A DNA stretch of 64,000 nucleotides from Dehalococcoidia bacterium. GTDB lineage: Bacteria > Chloroflexota > Dehalococcoidia > DSTF01 > JACRBR01. The notes under the pieces were generated by a model that saw only the letters and a list, made by a program, of their open reading frames with translations, was not told the DNA's origin and searched no databases. The stretch is taken from positions 792-64,791 of the forward strand of contig DASQHL010000133.1 in assembly GCA_035632115.1 (NCBI GenBank), given 5' to 3'. A program made the translations under genes and the position numbers. Shown here in pieces: positions 17,166-26,771 of the stretch; within the stretch, counting starts at the first letter, position 1; every line of letters starts with the position of its first letter.

Positions 17166-19157
17166 GTGATGATGCCTAGAAATCCCTTCGACATCCTTGG
17201 CATCTCGTTGGACGCCGAGCCAGAGGTCATCCTAGCCGCCTACAGGACGCTTGCGAAGAAGTACCATCCTGACCTTAACCCTAACGATTCGCCAAGTTAC
17301 CTCAACGAGCGCATGGCCGATCTGAACTGGGCGCGAGCAGAACTCGATCGCGATCTGCCCGGCTGGCGAGCGAGGAAGAGAGCCGAGACGCGCCAGTCGG
17401 GCGCTGGATACGCACAGCCACGCCAACCCCCCCCCCCACGTCACGCTCCAGCGCCGTCGGATGCGCCGCCCTCCAAAGCCCCGGGCCAGGCCCAAAGTAC
17501 CGGCGCAGGTACCGTTTCCGAAGCTCAAGCTACACGCGCGCCACGGCCGTCGTGGCTATCGAACGAACTGCTCATCGAGATCGCGTTCGTCGCCGCCGTG
17601 ACCGCGGCGGCGCTGCTGATGCGCCTGTGGGGTCTCTCCGGCCTGCCGCACGGGCTCCACGGCGACGAGGCGGCGACCGGCCTCGACGCGCGAAAGATCC
17701 TCGCCGGCACCGACCTCTTCCCCTACACGCCGAGCGCGCTCGGCCAGCCGTCCGGGCCGATGTACTGGGCGGCGCTCTGGATCAAGCTCCTCGGCTCGAC
17801 GATCTTCGCTGTCCGCCTGGCCATGGCACTGCTCGGCGTAGGCACGGTCGTCCTCGGCTACTACGCGTTTCGGCTGCTCTTCGGGCGGCCGGTGGCATGG
17901 GCGGGCGCCACCATGCTCGCCTTCTCATCGTGGCTCGTCTTCTACAACCGCACAGGCTTCACCGCATCGGCGATGCCGTTCACGGAGATGGCGGCGCTGC
18001 TGGCCGTGGCCGTGGCGCTGCGAAAGGGTTCGCCCGCGTGGTTCATCCTCGCCGGCGCAGTGGTGGGCGCCGGCATCTACGGCTACTTCTCGTTCCCGCT
18101 CTTCGCCGTGGCGCTCGCGGTGTGGCTCGTCCTCCACGCGCTCGTCGAGCGGCTGCGACCGTTCGGCCTCACTGAGCCGTTCTGGCTGCACGCGCGCAAC
18201 GGCGCGCTGATGGCGCTGACCGCGCTGCTGCTCATCCAGCCGATGTGGCCCTACTTCACCGGCAAGAACCAGGGCTACACGCACGACCGCCAGGTGTTCG
18301 CACTCTCGAAGACACAGGCATACCAGCAGGCGGACACCCTCGGGCGTGTGCGGCTCTACTGGGACAACGCCCGCCACGTGATCAACGTGCTGCGGGAAGG
18401 TGGCCACCCCGACGCCTCGGACGGCTCGGGCGAAGTGTCGGCGCTGGACCCGCTACTGGTCGTGCTCTCACTGGCCGGCGCGGCCCTGTGCGCCGTCCTT
18501 GCCGTGACGCGGAAGCGCGCCGCCTACCTGCTGCCGCTGATCGTCGTCCCGATCGTGCTCATCGGCCCCATCTGGAGCGCCGGCGGCGTGCACCGGCGCT
18601 CGCTGGGGATCCTGCCCTTTGTGATCATGCCGGCCGCCGTGCTGCTGGGCACTGCGTGGGAGTGGCTCCGCGACCACGGCCGGCCGGGGCTTGCGGCGGC
18701 CGCCCTCTGCGTGCCGCTGGCGCTGTTCGCCGCCACGAACATCGACCGCTACTTCCGCCAGACGCCGGACTCGCAGGTGATGCTGTTCACCTACGCGCCG
18801 GAGCTGACCGACGCGGCGCTGCTGATCGATGCGCAGCCCCGGGACGTGCACGTCTACTTCGCCTCCGGGCGCTGGTCGGCCGGGTACGAGACGGTGCAGT
18901 ACCTCGTGCCGAATCGCGCGCTCGGCGACGGCACGCTGGAGGACCGGTCGAAGGAGTTCAGCAAGATCACCGGGTACGGCGGCCTCGACCGGACGCACCC
19001 TGCCTTGATCGTGCTCATGAACAACTACATGCAGGACGCGGACAAGGTCGCCGCCGAGTACCCGGAAGCGAAGAAGCTCGTCGGCGCCACGGTGAACAGG
19101 CTGCCGGCCTTCATCGCATTCTCCATCCCGGCACGGCAGGCGACGGGCGCGCCATGA
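17166..19157 (+). CDS. DnaJ J-domain fused to a PMT/ArnT-like (PMT_2) GT-C membrane glycosyltransferase
   Basis: N-terminal J domain with HPD (FDILGISLDAEPEVILAAYRTLAKKYHPDLNPND). Pro-rich linker. Multi-TM GT-C domain with the ArnT/PMT-type motif LHGDEAATGLDARKI in the first periplasmic loop. Confidence 0.8.
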   Translation: MMMPRNPFDILGISLDAEPEVILAAYRTLAKKYHPDLNPNDSPSYLNERMADLNWARAELDRDLPGWRARKRAETRQSGAGYAQPRQPPPPRHAPAPSDAPPSKAPGQAQSTGAGTVSEAQATRAPRPSWLSNELLIEIAFVAAVTAAALLMRLWGLSGLPHGLHGDEAATGLDARKILAGTDLFPYTPSALGQPSGPMYWAALWIKLLGSTIFAVRLAMALLGVGTVVLGYYAFRLLFGRPVAWAGATMLAFSSWLVFYNRTGFTASAMPFTEMAALLAVAVALRKGSPAWFILAGAVVGAGIYGYFSFPLFAVALAVWLVLHALVERLRPFGLTEPFWLHARNGALMALTALLLIQPMWPYFTGKNQGYTHDRQVFALSKTQAYQQADTLGRVRLYWDNARHVINVLREGGHPDASDGSGEVSALDPLLVVLSLAGAALCAVLAVTRKRAAYLLPLIVVPIVLIGPIWSAGGVHRRSLGILPFVIMPAAVLLGTAWEWLRDHGRPGLAAAALCVPLALFAATNIDRYFRQTPDSQVMLFTYAPELTDAALLIDAQPRDVHVYFASGRWSAGYETVQYLVPNRALGDGTLEDRSKEFSKITGYGGLDRTHPALIVLMNNYMQDADKVAAEYPEAKKLVGATVNRLPAFIAFSIPARQATGAP

Positions 19158-19159
19158 GC

Positions 19160-19184
19160 AAACGCCCGGCAGTCCACCGGGCGT
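19160..19184. terminator. Probable bidirectional intrinsic terminator (hairpin AACGCCCGG-N7-CCGGGCGTT) between convergent genes
   Basis: 9-bp perfect GC-rich stem immediately after the stop of the J-domain GT-C gene and about 30 nt beyond the erpA stop. Confidence 0.45.
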
Positions 19185-19214
19185 TGCGTCATCTCGTGCC
19201 TGAGTGGGAGCCGG

Positions 19215-19592
19215 CTAGCAGCAGCTCTTCGCCTGGCCGCCGCCGTCGGCCGTTTGGAAGCTCGAACCGCACGCGCAGCCCTTGACGGCGTTCGGATTGA
19301 AGATCGTGAACCCGGACTTCATGATGTCGTCCACGTAGTCGATCTCCGCGCCCCGCATCAGCGGCGCGCTCTCCGGATCAACCAGCACCTTCACGCCCGC
19401 GTGTTCGAGCACGATGTCGCCCTCTTCGGTGCCCTGGGCGATCGCCATGCCGTACTGGTAGCCGGAGCAGCCGCCCCCGACGACGAAGACGCGCAGCGCG
19501 CCGTTCTCGACGCCGCGGTCCTTGAGCAGCGCCGCCGCCTTCTCCGCCGCCTTGTCCGTGATCGTCACGATGGCTTCGATGTCCTGGACCAT
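19215..19592 (-). CDS. erpA: Iron-sulfur cluster insertion/A-type carrier protein (ErpA/IscA/HesB family)
   Basis: ATG at 19592 preceded by GAAGGGAG. Three conserved Cys (…GGGCSGYQYG…KGCACGSSF). 125 aa. The rest of ORF 19215..19943 is an upstream extension without an RBS. Confidence 0.85.
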   Translation of the reverse strand: MVQDIEAIVTITDKAAEKAAALLKDRGVENGALRVFVVGGGCSGYQYGMAIAQGTEEGDIVLEHAGVKVLVDPESAPLMRGAEIDYVDDIMKSGFTIFNPNAVKGCACGSSFQTADGGGQAKSCC

Positions 19593-19693
19593 TCCGGGCT
19601 CCCTTCCGAGCGACCCGCCGGCGGCGGGGGATTTACACAGTGCGCAGTTAGTATATCGGCCCGAGCAACCTTCTTCAACGCCCCTCCCGGCCC

Positions 19694-20953
19694 CTACCGT
19701 ACCGGCAGCAACTCCTCGTACAGCGCCGCTACCGCGTCCGCCACGTTCGCCCAGCGGAAGCGCTCGACCGCCTCGCGCCCGGCGCGGCCAAACGATGCCC
19801 GAAGCTCGTCGTTCTCCAGCAGCAGCTCCAGGCGCTCGGCGAACGGCTCTGGACAGCGCCACGGCACCAGGTACCCCGTCTCGCCGTCGCTGACCGTGCT
19901 GGTCAGCCCGCCGACCCGTGACGCGATTACCGGCGTTCCGCACGCCATCGATTCCACCGCCACCAGCCCGAAGCTCTCGTAGTACGACGGCACGACGCAG
20001 ACGTCTGCGGCGTTGTAGTACAACGGCAGCGTCTCGTGCGGCACGGCGCCGATGAACGAGATGTGATGGTCGATGCCGAGGGCCGCGGCGTGCCGGCGCA
20101 GCTCATCGATCTGCGCCCGCGCCCGCGCGTCGCCGCCGACGATCAGCACGGCGAAGTTCTCGTCATCGTGGAGCTGCGCCGCCGCGCTGATCAGGATGTC
20201 GATGCCCTTGAGCGGCTCGATGCGGCCGACGAAGAGGATGATCCGCTGTGACGCGCCGATGCCGAGACGCCGCCGCGCGAACTCCTTGTCCATCGGCGCG
20301 AACAGGTCCAGGTCAACGCCGCACGGCACCACCGAGATCGCATCGCCTCGCGCGCCGTACAGCGACATCAGCAGGTGCCGCTCGTGCTGGCTCGCCACCA
20401 CGATGCGGTCGGCGGCGGCGGCGATCGCGCGCTCGGCGGCGATCCGGCCGGCGGGCTCATGCTCGCCCGCATGGGCGCGATTCTTCACTTCGCCCAGCGT
20501 GTGGAACATCGCCACGTGCGGCACGCCCCAGTCCGCCGCCAGGCGCGACGCCACCACCCCGGACATCCAGTAATGGCTGTGCACCACGTCGTACGCGGAG
20601 CCCTCCCGCGTCACGAACGCGCGCACGCCGGCCTCGAACTCGTCCAGCACGCCGGCGATCGCTTCCTTCTCGACCGGCGCGTTCGGCCCGGCGGCGATGT
20701 GCACGACGCGCGCGTTCGGGCCGAACGGCTGCACCTCCGGCGCCGCGTCCGACGCCAGGCGCGTGAACACGTCGATGGTGTACCCGCGTGAGCCAAGTTC
20801 GCGGCTCAGCTCGCGCACGTAGACGTTCATGCCGCCCGTCTCGCGCCCACCCAGCGTGGCCAGCGGCGACGTGTGTGCCGAGATCACGGCGATGCGGCGG
20901 CTCCGCGGCGCGCGCCTGGCGGCGGGCGGCACGGGCTCGTGGAGGGCTGTCAC
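19694..20953 (-). CDS. GT4 retaining glycosyltransferase of the MshA (D-inositol-3-phosphate glycosyltransferase) family
   Basis: MshA-type N-terminal signature RIAVISAHTSPLATLGGRETGGMNVYVRELS. C-terminal GT4 E-x7-E region (…VVPSYYESFGLVAVESMACGTPVIAS…). GTG start overlaps the upstream stop (GTGA). Confidence 0.8.
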   Translation of the reverse strand: MTALHEPVPPAARRAPRSRRIAVISAHTSPLATLGGRETGGMNVYVRELSRELGSRGYTIDVFTRLASDAAPEVQPFGPNARVVHIAAGPNAPVEKEAIAGVLDEFEAGVRAFVTREGSAYDVVHSHYWMSGVVASRLAADWGVPHVAMFHTLGEVKNRAHAGEHEPAGRIAAERAIAAAADRIVVASQHERHLLMSLYGARGDAISVVPCGVDLDLFAPMDKEFARRRLGIGASQRIILFVGRIEPLKGIDILISAAAQLHDDENFAVLIVGGDARARAQIDELRRHAAALGIDHHISFIGAVPHETLPLYYNAADVCVVPSYYESFGLVAVESMACGTPVIASRVGGLTSTVSDGETGYLVPWRCPEPFAERLELLLENDELRASFGRAGREAVERFRWANVADAVAALYEELLPVR

Positions 20954-21936
20954 TTCGTCAACACCAGCCGGTACACCTGCTGGTCCTTTCCGCCAAGGTC
21001 GTACTTGTAGCTCTCGTCGCCTCGCAGGAAGTCTACGCACGAGCGGCCCTGTTCGATCGCGTCCCGGAGCAGCAGCGCCTTGGACATCAGGCCGACCGCG
21101 TAGTGCGCGTAGGCGGGGTCGTACCCACTATTGTACATGTACAGCCGCCCGCCCAGGTCGAAGTTGAGCACCGCCGCCACCGCCTGGCCATCCAGCGTCA
21201 AGATGTACAGCCGCAGCATCCCCTCCGAGGCCATCGTCGACGTCATCTCCCGGAAGAACGCCTCCATGCCCGGCCGCTCCAGGAACTCCTCCTTGTGGTG
21301 CGAGCTGATGCGCATCAGGTGGAACAGCGTATCGAGCGATGCGCCCGCTTCCTCCGCCTCCGTGACGGCGCGGAGCCGCAGGTCCCCGCCGGCGCTCTCC
21401 AGCCGCCGCAGCTTGCGCCGCAGCTCGTGGCGGTCCTTCTTGGAGAGCGTCGCCAGGTAGCCGTCCCACGTGTCCGGCAGGTCCACCGTCGGCGAGTGCG
21501 CCTCGTCCTCGCGCTGCACGGCCAGGCCCAGGGCGGCGGCGGCATCGGCCGCGGCGGACGTCGTGGGGCTGGCCGCCCGCAGGCCGCGCAGGTCGATTTC
21601 GCGCACCCCGTCCGCCAGCAGGCGTTCCAGCACGGCGGGGAAGAACGACCGCTCGAAGCCCGGCGTCACGACCACGTCCATGTAGTCGCAGATGGAGTAG
21701 TGCCCGACCAGCTCCGCCCGCTCGCCCTCGCAGAGCAACGGCGCCACGCCGATCAGGCGCTCGCCGTCCCGCGCGGTCAGCAGGCGCACGCGGCGCCCCG
21801 CCTGGAAGTGCTTCAGCCAGACGCGTTGCCAGGCCGGCGTGACGAACGGCACCGGGTTCGATACCTGCCCGAGCAGCCCGACCCACTCCGCGCTGATCCG
21901 GTCGAGCGGCTCATCCAGCACCGTCAACGGCGTCAC
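20950..21936 (-). CDS. FemAB/CelD-like GNAT (Acetyltransf_6/BioF2-like) acyl- or aminoacyl-transferase
   Basis: 329-aa protein of the GNAT-fold FemAB/CelD family (…[44 protein letters not shown]…). GTG start overlaps the folE stop (GTGA). Confidence 0.7.
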   Translation of the reverse strand: MTPLTVLDEPLDRISAEWVGLLGQVSNPVPFVTPAWQRVWLKHFQAGRRVRLLTARDGERLIGVAPLLCEGERAELVGHYSICDYMDVVVTPGFERSFFPAVLERLLADGVREIDLRGLRAASPTTSAAADAAAALGLAVQREDEAHSPTVDLPDTWDGYLATLSKKDRHELRRKLRRLESAGGDLRLRAVTEAEEAGASLDTLFHLMRISSHHKEEFLERPGMEAFFREMTSTMASEGMLRLYILTLDGQAVAAVLNFDLGGRLYMYNSGYDPAYAHYAVGLMSKALLLRDAIEQGRSCVDFLRGDESYKYDLGGKDQQVYRLVLTK

Positions 21937-22535
21937 GAGCCGCGCACCAGCGAGAGGAACTCGGCCCGCGTCACCTGGTTCTGCCGGAAGATCCCGCGCG
22001 TCGCCGAGGTGACCATCCGGCTGCCCGGCTTCTTGACACCGCGCTGCGTCATGCACAGGTGTTCCGCTGCGATGACGACGGCGACGCCGTCGGGCTGCAG
22101 CGTCTCCAGGATCGCGTCCGCCACCTGCCCCGTGAGCCGTTCTTGGAGCTGTGGCCGCCGCGCGTACCCCTCGACCAGCCGCGCCAGCTTGCTCACGCCG
22201 ACCACGCGGCCGTCCGGGATGTAGCCGACGGCCGCCGTTCCGTGGAACGGCATGAAGTGGTGCTCACAGACGCTGTAAAACGGGATGTCGCGCAGGATCA
22301 CCATCTCGTCGTGCCCCACCTCGAATCCGACCTTCAGGTACTCCCTCGGGTCGATGTGGAGCCCTTCGAACAGCTCCGCGTACATCCGGGCCACCCGTGC
22401 GGGCGTGTCGCGAAGCCCCTCCCGGTCCGGCGCCTCCCCTACAGCTACGATGATCTCGCGCACGGCGGCCTCGATCCGGCCGAGGTCCATCGGGCCGGAG
22501 GCGTCGATGCGGTGGCGGATGTCTTCGAGCGTCAT
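21933..22535 (-). CDS. folE: GTP cyclohydrolase I
   Basis: 200-aa FolE with catalytic motifs …[21 protein letters not shown]… and the zinc ligands C…HH…C. The rest of ORF 21933..23414 is non-coding or antisense. Confidence 0.9.
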   Translation of the reverse strand: MTLEDIRHRIDASGPMDLGRIEAAVREIIVAVGEAPDREGLRDTPARVARMYAELFEGLHIDPREYLKVGFEVGHDEMVILRDIPFYSVCEHHFMPFHGTAAVGYIPDGRVVGVSKLARLVEGYARRPQLQERLTGQVADAILETLQPDGVAVVIAAEHLCMTQRGVKKPGSRMVTSATRGIFRQNQVTRAEFLSLVRGS

Positions 22536-22691
22536 CAGGTGCAGCGTACCGCCGGGTGATTCGGGAGGGGTGGGTCTGAGTGACGGCTTCAGAAATGCTA
22601 GCAACCCCCCGCCGCCGACGGCAACAAACGCACCCCGCTGGCTTCGGCGGGACGGCGCTGATAGTGTGCGCGCATTGCGAGGGGAGGCCGC

Positions 22692-24806
22692 ATGAGCGGC
22701 GTCGACCACCCGGACGGCCCGCGCACGTTCGCGACGTGGCTGCGCGATAGCGCGCCGGTACCCCCGGACGTCATCGAACGCCTCATCGGGCTGGACCTGG
22801 GCCGCCACCCGACGCTCAGCGAGCTGCGCGCCGCCCTGGGGCTGGACTTCGACGCCGAGGCGGCGGCCGCCGCCGCCCGCGACGCCTGGCCCGGCCGCGA
22901 CGTGCTCCCCTCCGATGACGACCTCTGTGCCGTCCTGGACGCGATGTACCGCGCCGTCCGCTCGACCCGCATGGTGCGCGCCCGCTGCACCGTCGCCGGG
23001 CCGGAGCTCTCGCGCGAGGGCGGCGCCATCACCCTGCGCGACGGCGATCACCTGGTGCTGCTCGCCTTTGCCGACAACGAGACCGATGGCAGCGTGGCGT
23101 TCTCCTCCGAAGCCCACGGCGAGGGCGTCGGCGGCCACGTGGAGCAGCGCCGCTCGGGCTCGGCGCTGCTGGACGCAGGTGAGATGCACGCCGGTTCGTA
23201 CCTTCTCCCCGTGCTCGTTGTGGCCGACGGCCGCCCCGCCACGATCGACCTGCCGATCGAGTGCCGCCCGTCCGGCATGCTGGCGGTGCGGATCCTGGAC
23301 GCCGCTGGCGGCGAGCCCGTGGCGGCGCGCGTCTACCTGCTCGATGCCGTCGGCGCGGCGTGGCCCGACGGCGCGACCGTGCGCATCGACCAGCACGGCA
23401 ACGCCTACTTTCACGCCGAGGGTTCATTCGAGGCGCGTGTCAGCGGCGAGGTGCGGGTCCGCGTCGCCCGCGGCGTGGAGTACGAGCCGTGGGAGGAGAC
23501 GCTCACCGTGCCCACCGACGGCCGCGCCGAGCGCACGGCGCGCCTCGCGCGCTGGTCGGACATGGCGGCCGACGGCTGGCACAGCGGCGACGTCCACGTG
23601 CACATGCACTACGGCGGCGAGTACCAGCTCGAGCCGGAGGACGTCGCGCTGGTGCAGCGCGCGGAGGACGTGCGCTTCCTGAACATGATGGTGGCCAACC
23701 AGGACAGCGGCTGGGTGCACGACACGACGCGCTTCAGCGGGACCGACCACGCGTTGAGCACCGCAACCCACGTGCTGCGCTGGGGCGAAGAGTATCGCAA
23801 CGACTTCTACGGCCACCTCTGCATGTTCGGCATCCGCGCCCTCGTGCCGCCGATCTACAGCGGCTTCCGCGCCAGTGCCCACCCGCACGACGTGCCGGCG
23901 AACGCCGTCGCGGCGCGCGCCGCCCGCGACGCCGCGGGCACCCTGAGCTACGCCCACCCCATGATGGCCGACGGCGCGCTCGACCGCGTGTTCGAGAGGA
24001 AGCGCGCGTATGAGGCCAAGGAGCTCCCCGTCGACGCAGCGCTCGGCCTCATCGACGCGGTCGACGTGATGTCCTACCCCGCGAGCCATATCGATACGGC
24101 ACGGCTCTGGTATCGCCTGCTCAACTGCGGGCTGCGCCTCGCGGCGACCGCCGGCAGCGACACCTTCATGAACTGCTGCGAGCACGGCGAGTTCAGCAAC
24201 CCGCCCGGCGGCGTGCGCGCGTTCGTCCGCATCGATGGCGCGTTCTCAAGCGAGGCCTGGTGCGCGGGCGTGCGCGCCGGCCGCACCTTCGTCACCAACG
24301 CGCCGATGCTCTCGCTCGAGGCGACCCACGCTGGCGCGATGTACGGGGTCGGCGACGAGATCGCCGCGCGACCGGGCGACGTGATCCGCATCGAAGCGGC
24401 GGCGGGCGCCCACGTGAATATGGAGCGTCTCGAACTGCTGGTGGACGGCGAGATGGTCGAGGCGGTCGTGTCGGACGGCGGGATGGATCGCGCGGCGTTG
24501 ACCTACGAACTGACCGCGCGCGAGAGCTGCTGGTTCGCGCTGCGGGCGCAGGGTCCGGCCGACCCGCGAGTGATGGACGACGCCGTCTTCGCGCACACCA
24601 GCCCCGTGTACGTGAACGTGGACGGGGCGCCGCGACGCCACGCGGCGGACGCGGCGTACTTCGCCGAGTGGATCGAGCGCCTGATCGCGATGACCGAACG
24701 CGAGGGCCGGTTCCCGGACGATGCGTCGCGCGACGCCGTCATCGCCGAGTTCCGCGCGGCACAGGCGTACTATCGCGGCTCGGATGGCGCGGCGGGCGAG
24801 CGCTGA
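22692..24806 (+). CDS. CehA/McbA-family (PHP-like) metal-dependent hydrolase with an additional N-terminal domain
   Basis: 704-aa ORF. Central region …[16 protein letters not shown]…, …SYAHP…, …[18 protein letters not shown]… matches CehA/McbA metallohydrolase motifs. Confidence 0.6.
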   Translation: MSGVDHPDGPRTFATWLRDSAPVPPDVIERLIGLDLGRHPTLSELRAALGLDFDAEAAAAAARDAWPGRDVLPSDDDLCAVLDAMYRAVRSTRMVRARCTVAGPELSREGGAITLRDGDHLVLLAFADNETDGSVAFSSEAHGEGVGGHVEQRRSGSALLDAGEMHAGSYLLPVLVVADGRPATIDLPIECRPSGMLAVRILDAAGGEPVAARVYLLDAVGAAWPDGATVRIDQHGNAYFHAEGSFEARVSGEVRVRVARGVEYEPWEETLTVPTDGRAERTARLARWSDMAADGWHSGDVHVHMHYGGEYQLEPEDVALVQRAEDVRFLNMMVANQDSGWVHDTTRFSGTDHALSTATHVLRWGEEYRNDFYGHLCMFGIRALVPPIYSGFRASAHPHDVPANAVAARAARDAAGTLSYAHPMMADGALDRVFERKRAYEAKELPVDAALGLIDAVDVMSYPASHIDTARLWYRLLNCGLRLAATAGSDTFMNCCEHGEFSNPPGGVRAFVRIDGAFSSEAWCAGVRAGRTFVTNAPMLSLEATHAGAMYGVGDEIAARPGDVIRIEAAAGAHVNMERLELLVDGEMVEAVVSDGGMDRAALTYELTARESCWFALRAQGPADPRVMDDAVFAHTSPVYVNVDGAPRRHAADAAYFAEWIERLIAMTEREGRFPDDASRDAVIAEFRAAQAYYRGSDGAAGER

Positions 24807-24828
24807 CGACACAGGCTCCCGTCTGGCG

Positions 24829-25902
24829 TCAGCCGAGCGCGCGCTCGATCGCGGCGCCCAACTCTTGCGTGCTGACCGATGCGCCGCCCGCCGCGATGTC
24901 CGGCGTGCGCAGACCGTCCGCGAGCGCGCCGCGCACCGCCGCCTCGACAGCCGCCGCCTCCGCCTCCAGGCCGAACGACAGCCGCAGCATCATCGCGGCG
25001 CTCAGAACCATCGCGATCGGGTTCGCCTTGCCCTGCCCGGCGATGTCCGGCGCGGACCCGTGGATCGGCTCGTACATGCCGAACCCCTGCGCGTTCAGGC
25101 TCGCGGACCCCAGCATGCCGAGCGAGCCGGCCAGAACGCTCGCCTCGTCGCTCAGGATGTCGCCGAAGATGTTGTTCGTCAGCAGCACGTCGAACTGCCG
25201 CGGGTTGACGATCATCTGCATCGCCGCGTTATCGACGTGCAGGTAGTCGTGCGCCACGTCCGGGTACGCCGGCGCGATCGTCGCCAGCACCTGCCGCCAG
25301 AGCACCGAGCTGTCCATGATGTTCGATTTCGCGACCAGCGTGACGTGGCGCCGCCGCCCGCGCGCCAGCCGGAATGCCGCGTGCGTGATCCGCGCGATCT
25401 CCCCCTCCGTGTACGCCTCCGTGTCCCACACCTGCCGCTGCCCGTCCACCATCCGCTCGCCGCGCTCGCCGAAGTAGATCCCGCCGGTCAGCTCGCGCAC
25501 GATCAGCATGTCCGCGCCCTCGACGATCTCCGGCCGCAGCGGCGAGAGCGCGACGACCTCCGGGTACACGACGACCGGACGCAGGTTCATGAAGAGATCG
25601 AAGGCGCGCCGCAGGCCCAGGATCGCCGTCGTTTCGACGCCCTTCCACTTCGGGTGGTCCTGCTCGCTGGTGGGCCCGCCGAACGGGCCCTTCAGGATGG
25701 CGTCGGCCGCGCGGCAGGCGTCCAGCGTGACCGCGGGGAGGTGCTCGCCGTAGCGCTCCCACGCCTCTCCGCCCGCGTACGCCTCGACGAACTCGAACTC
25801 GTGCCCGTGGCGGCCGCCCACCGCCTGCAGCACGCGCAGCGCCTCGTCCACGATCTCGGGCCCGACGCCATCGCCCCGTAGCACGGCGATCCGGTAGTGC
25901 AT
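24829..25902 (-). CDS. leuB: 3-isopropylmalate dehydrogenase family (isocitrate/tartrate/IPM beta-decarboxylating dehydrogenase)
   Basis: Full-length similarity (MHYRIAVLRGDGVGPEIV…, …NIFGDILSDEASVLAGSLGMLGSASL…). Confidence 0.8.
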   Translation of the reverse strand: MHYRIAVLRGDGVGPEIVDEALRVLQAVGGRHGHEFEFVEAYAGGEAWERYGEHLPAVTLDACRAADAILKGPFGGPTSEQDHPKWKGVETTAILGLRRAFDLFMNLRPVVVYPEVVALSPLRPEIVEGADMLIVRELTGGIYFGERGERMVDGQRQVWDTEAYTEGEIARITHAAFRLARGRRRHVTLVAKSNIMDSSVLWRQVLATIAPAYPDVAHDYLHVDNAAMQMIVNPRQFDVLLTNNIFGDILSDEASVLAGSLGMLGSASLNAQGFGMYEPIHGSAPDIAGQGKANPIAMVLSAAMMLRLSFGLEAEAAAVEAAVRGALADGLRTPDIAAGGASVSTQELGAAIERALG

Positions 25903-26003
25903 GCGCGCAGGGTACAGAACGGCGGAGCGGCACCCCAGATCGGCTGCCGGGGACGCGCGCGGAGCTTGGTCGTAGCCGGCGGCTGACGTACGCTCTGCGC
26001 ACG

Positions 26004-26762
26004 ATGACCACCGTCAAGCTCGCCACGCTCAACATCTTCAACCGCATGGGCCAGTGGGGCACCCGCGCGCCCCTGCTCATCGATCAGCTGGAGGAGCTGC
26101 GCCCCGACGTCCTGGGGCTGCAGGAGGTCGACCTCGTGCTCGACCAGGGGATGTGGATCAGCCGCCAGATCAACAAGCGCCTGCCGGGCGAGCCGCACTA
26201 CCGCATCAAGCACGCCACGAACCCGGACACCCGCGCCAGCTACCACGCAATCGCCACCATGTCGCGCATCGGCTTCCAGGAGCACGACGTCTTGGATCTG
26301 ATGACCTTCGAACGGGTGGCCCAGCGCTTCGTCTTCCGCTGCGGCGACCGGCCGTTCGTCTTCGTGAACACGCACCTCCACTTCCCGCCGGAAGGCCAGC
26401 AGGAGCGCGTGCAACAGCTCAACTACCTGCTGGCGTGGCTGGACCGCGACGAGCGCCGCCTGCCGACGGTGATCGCCGGCGACTTCAACGCCTACGCCGA
26501 GCCACCGGAGCCCGCCGTCACCCTCATGAAGGCACGCTTTCGCTCCGCCTACGAGACGGTGCACGGGCGCGAGCCGGAGAAGACCTGGACGACGCCGGTC
26601 AACACCTACGACCCGGCGCCACACGGCACGCTCGACTACATCTTCGTCTCGCCGGAGTTCCGCGTAGCCGATGCCGGCCTCTGCTTCGACAAACCATCCG
26701 CCGCAGACCCGGACGTCTTCCCGTCCGACCACATCGGCGTGTACGCAGTGCTGGAGCTGTAG
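26004..26762 (+). CDS. Endonuclease/exonuclease/phosphatase (EEP) family protein
   Basis: EEP motifs …DVLGLQEVD…, …GDFNAY…, …SDHIGVYAVLEL at the C-terminus. Confidence 0.8.
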   Translation: MTTVKLATLNIFNRMGQWGTRAPLLIDQLEELRPDVLGLQEVDLVLDQGMWISRQINKRLPGEPHYRIKHATNPDTRASYHAIATMSRIGFQEHDVLDLMTFERVAQRFVFRCGDRPFVFVNTHLHFPPEGQQERVQQLNYLLAWLDRDERRLPTVIAGDFNAYAEPPEPAVTLMKARFRSAYETVHGREPEKTWTTPVNTYDPAPHGTLDYIFVSPEFRVADAGLCFDKPSAADPDVFPSDHIGVYAVLEL

Positions 26763-26771
26763 CGGCGGAAC

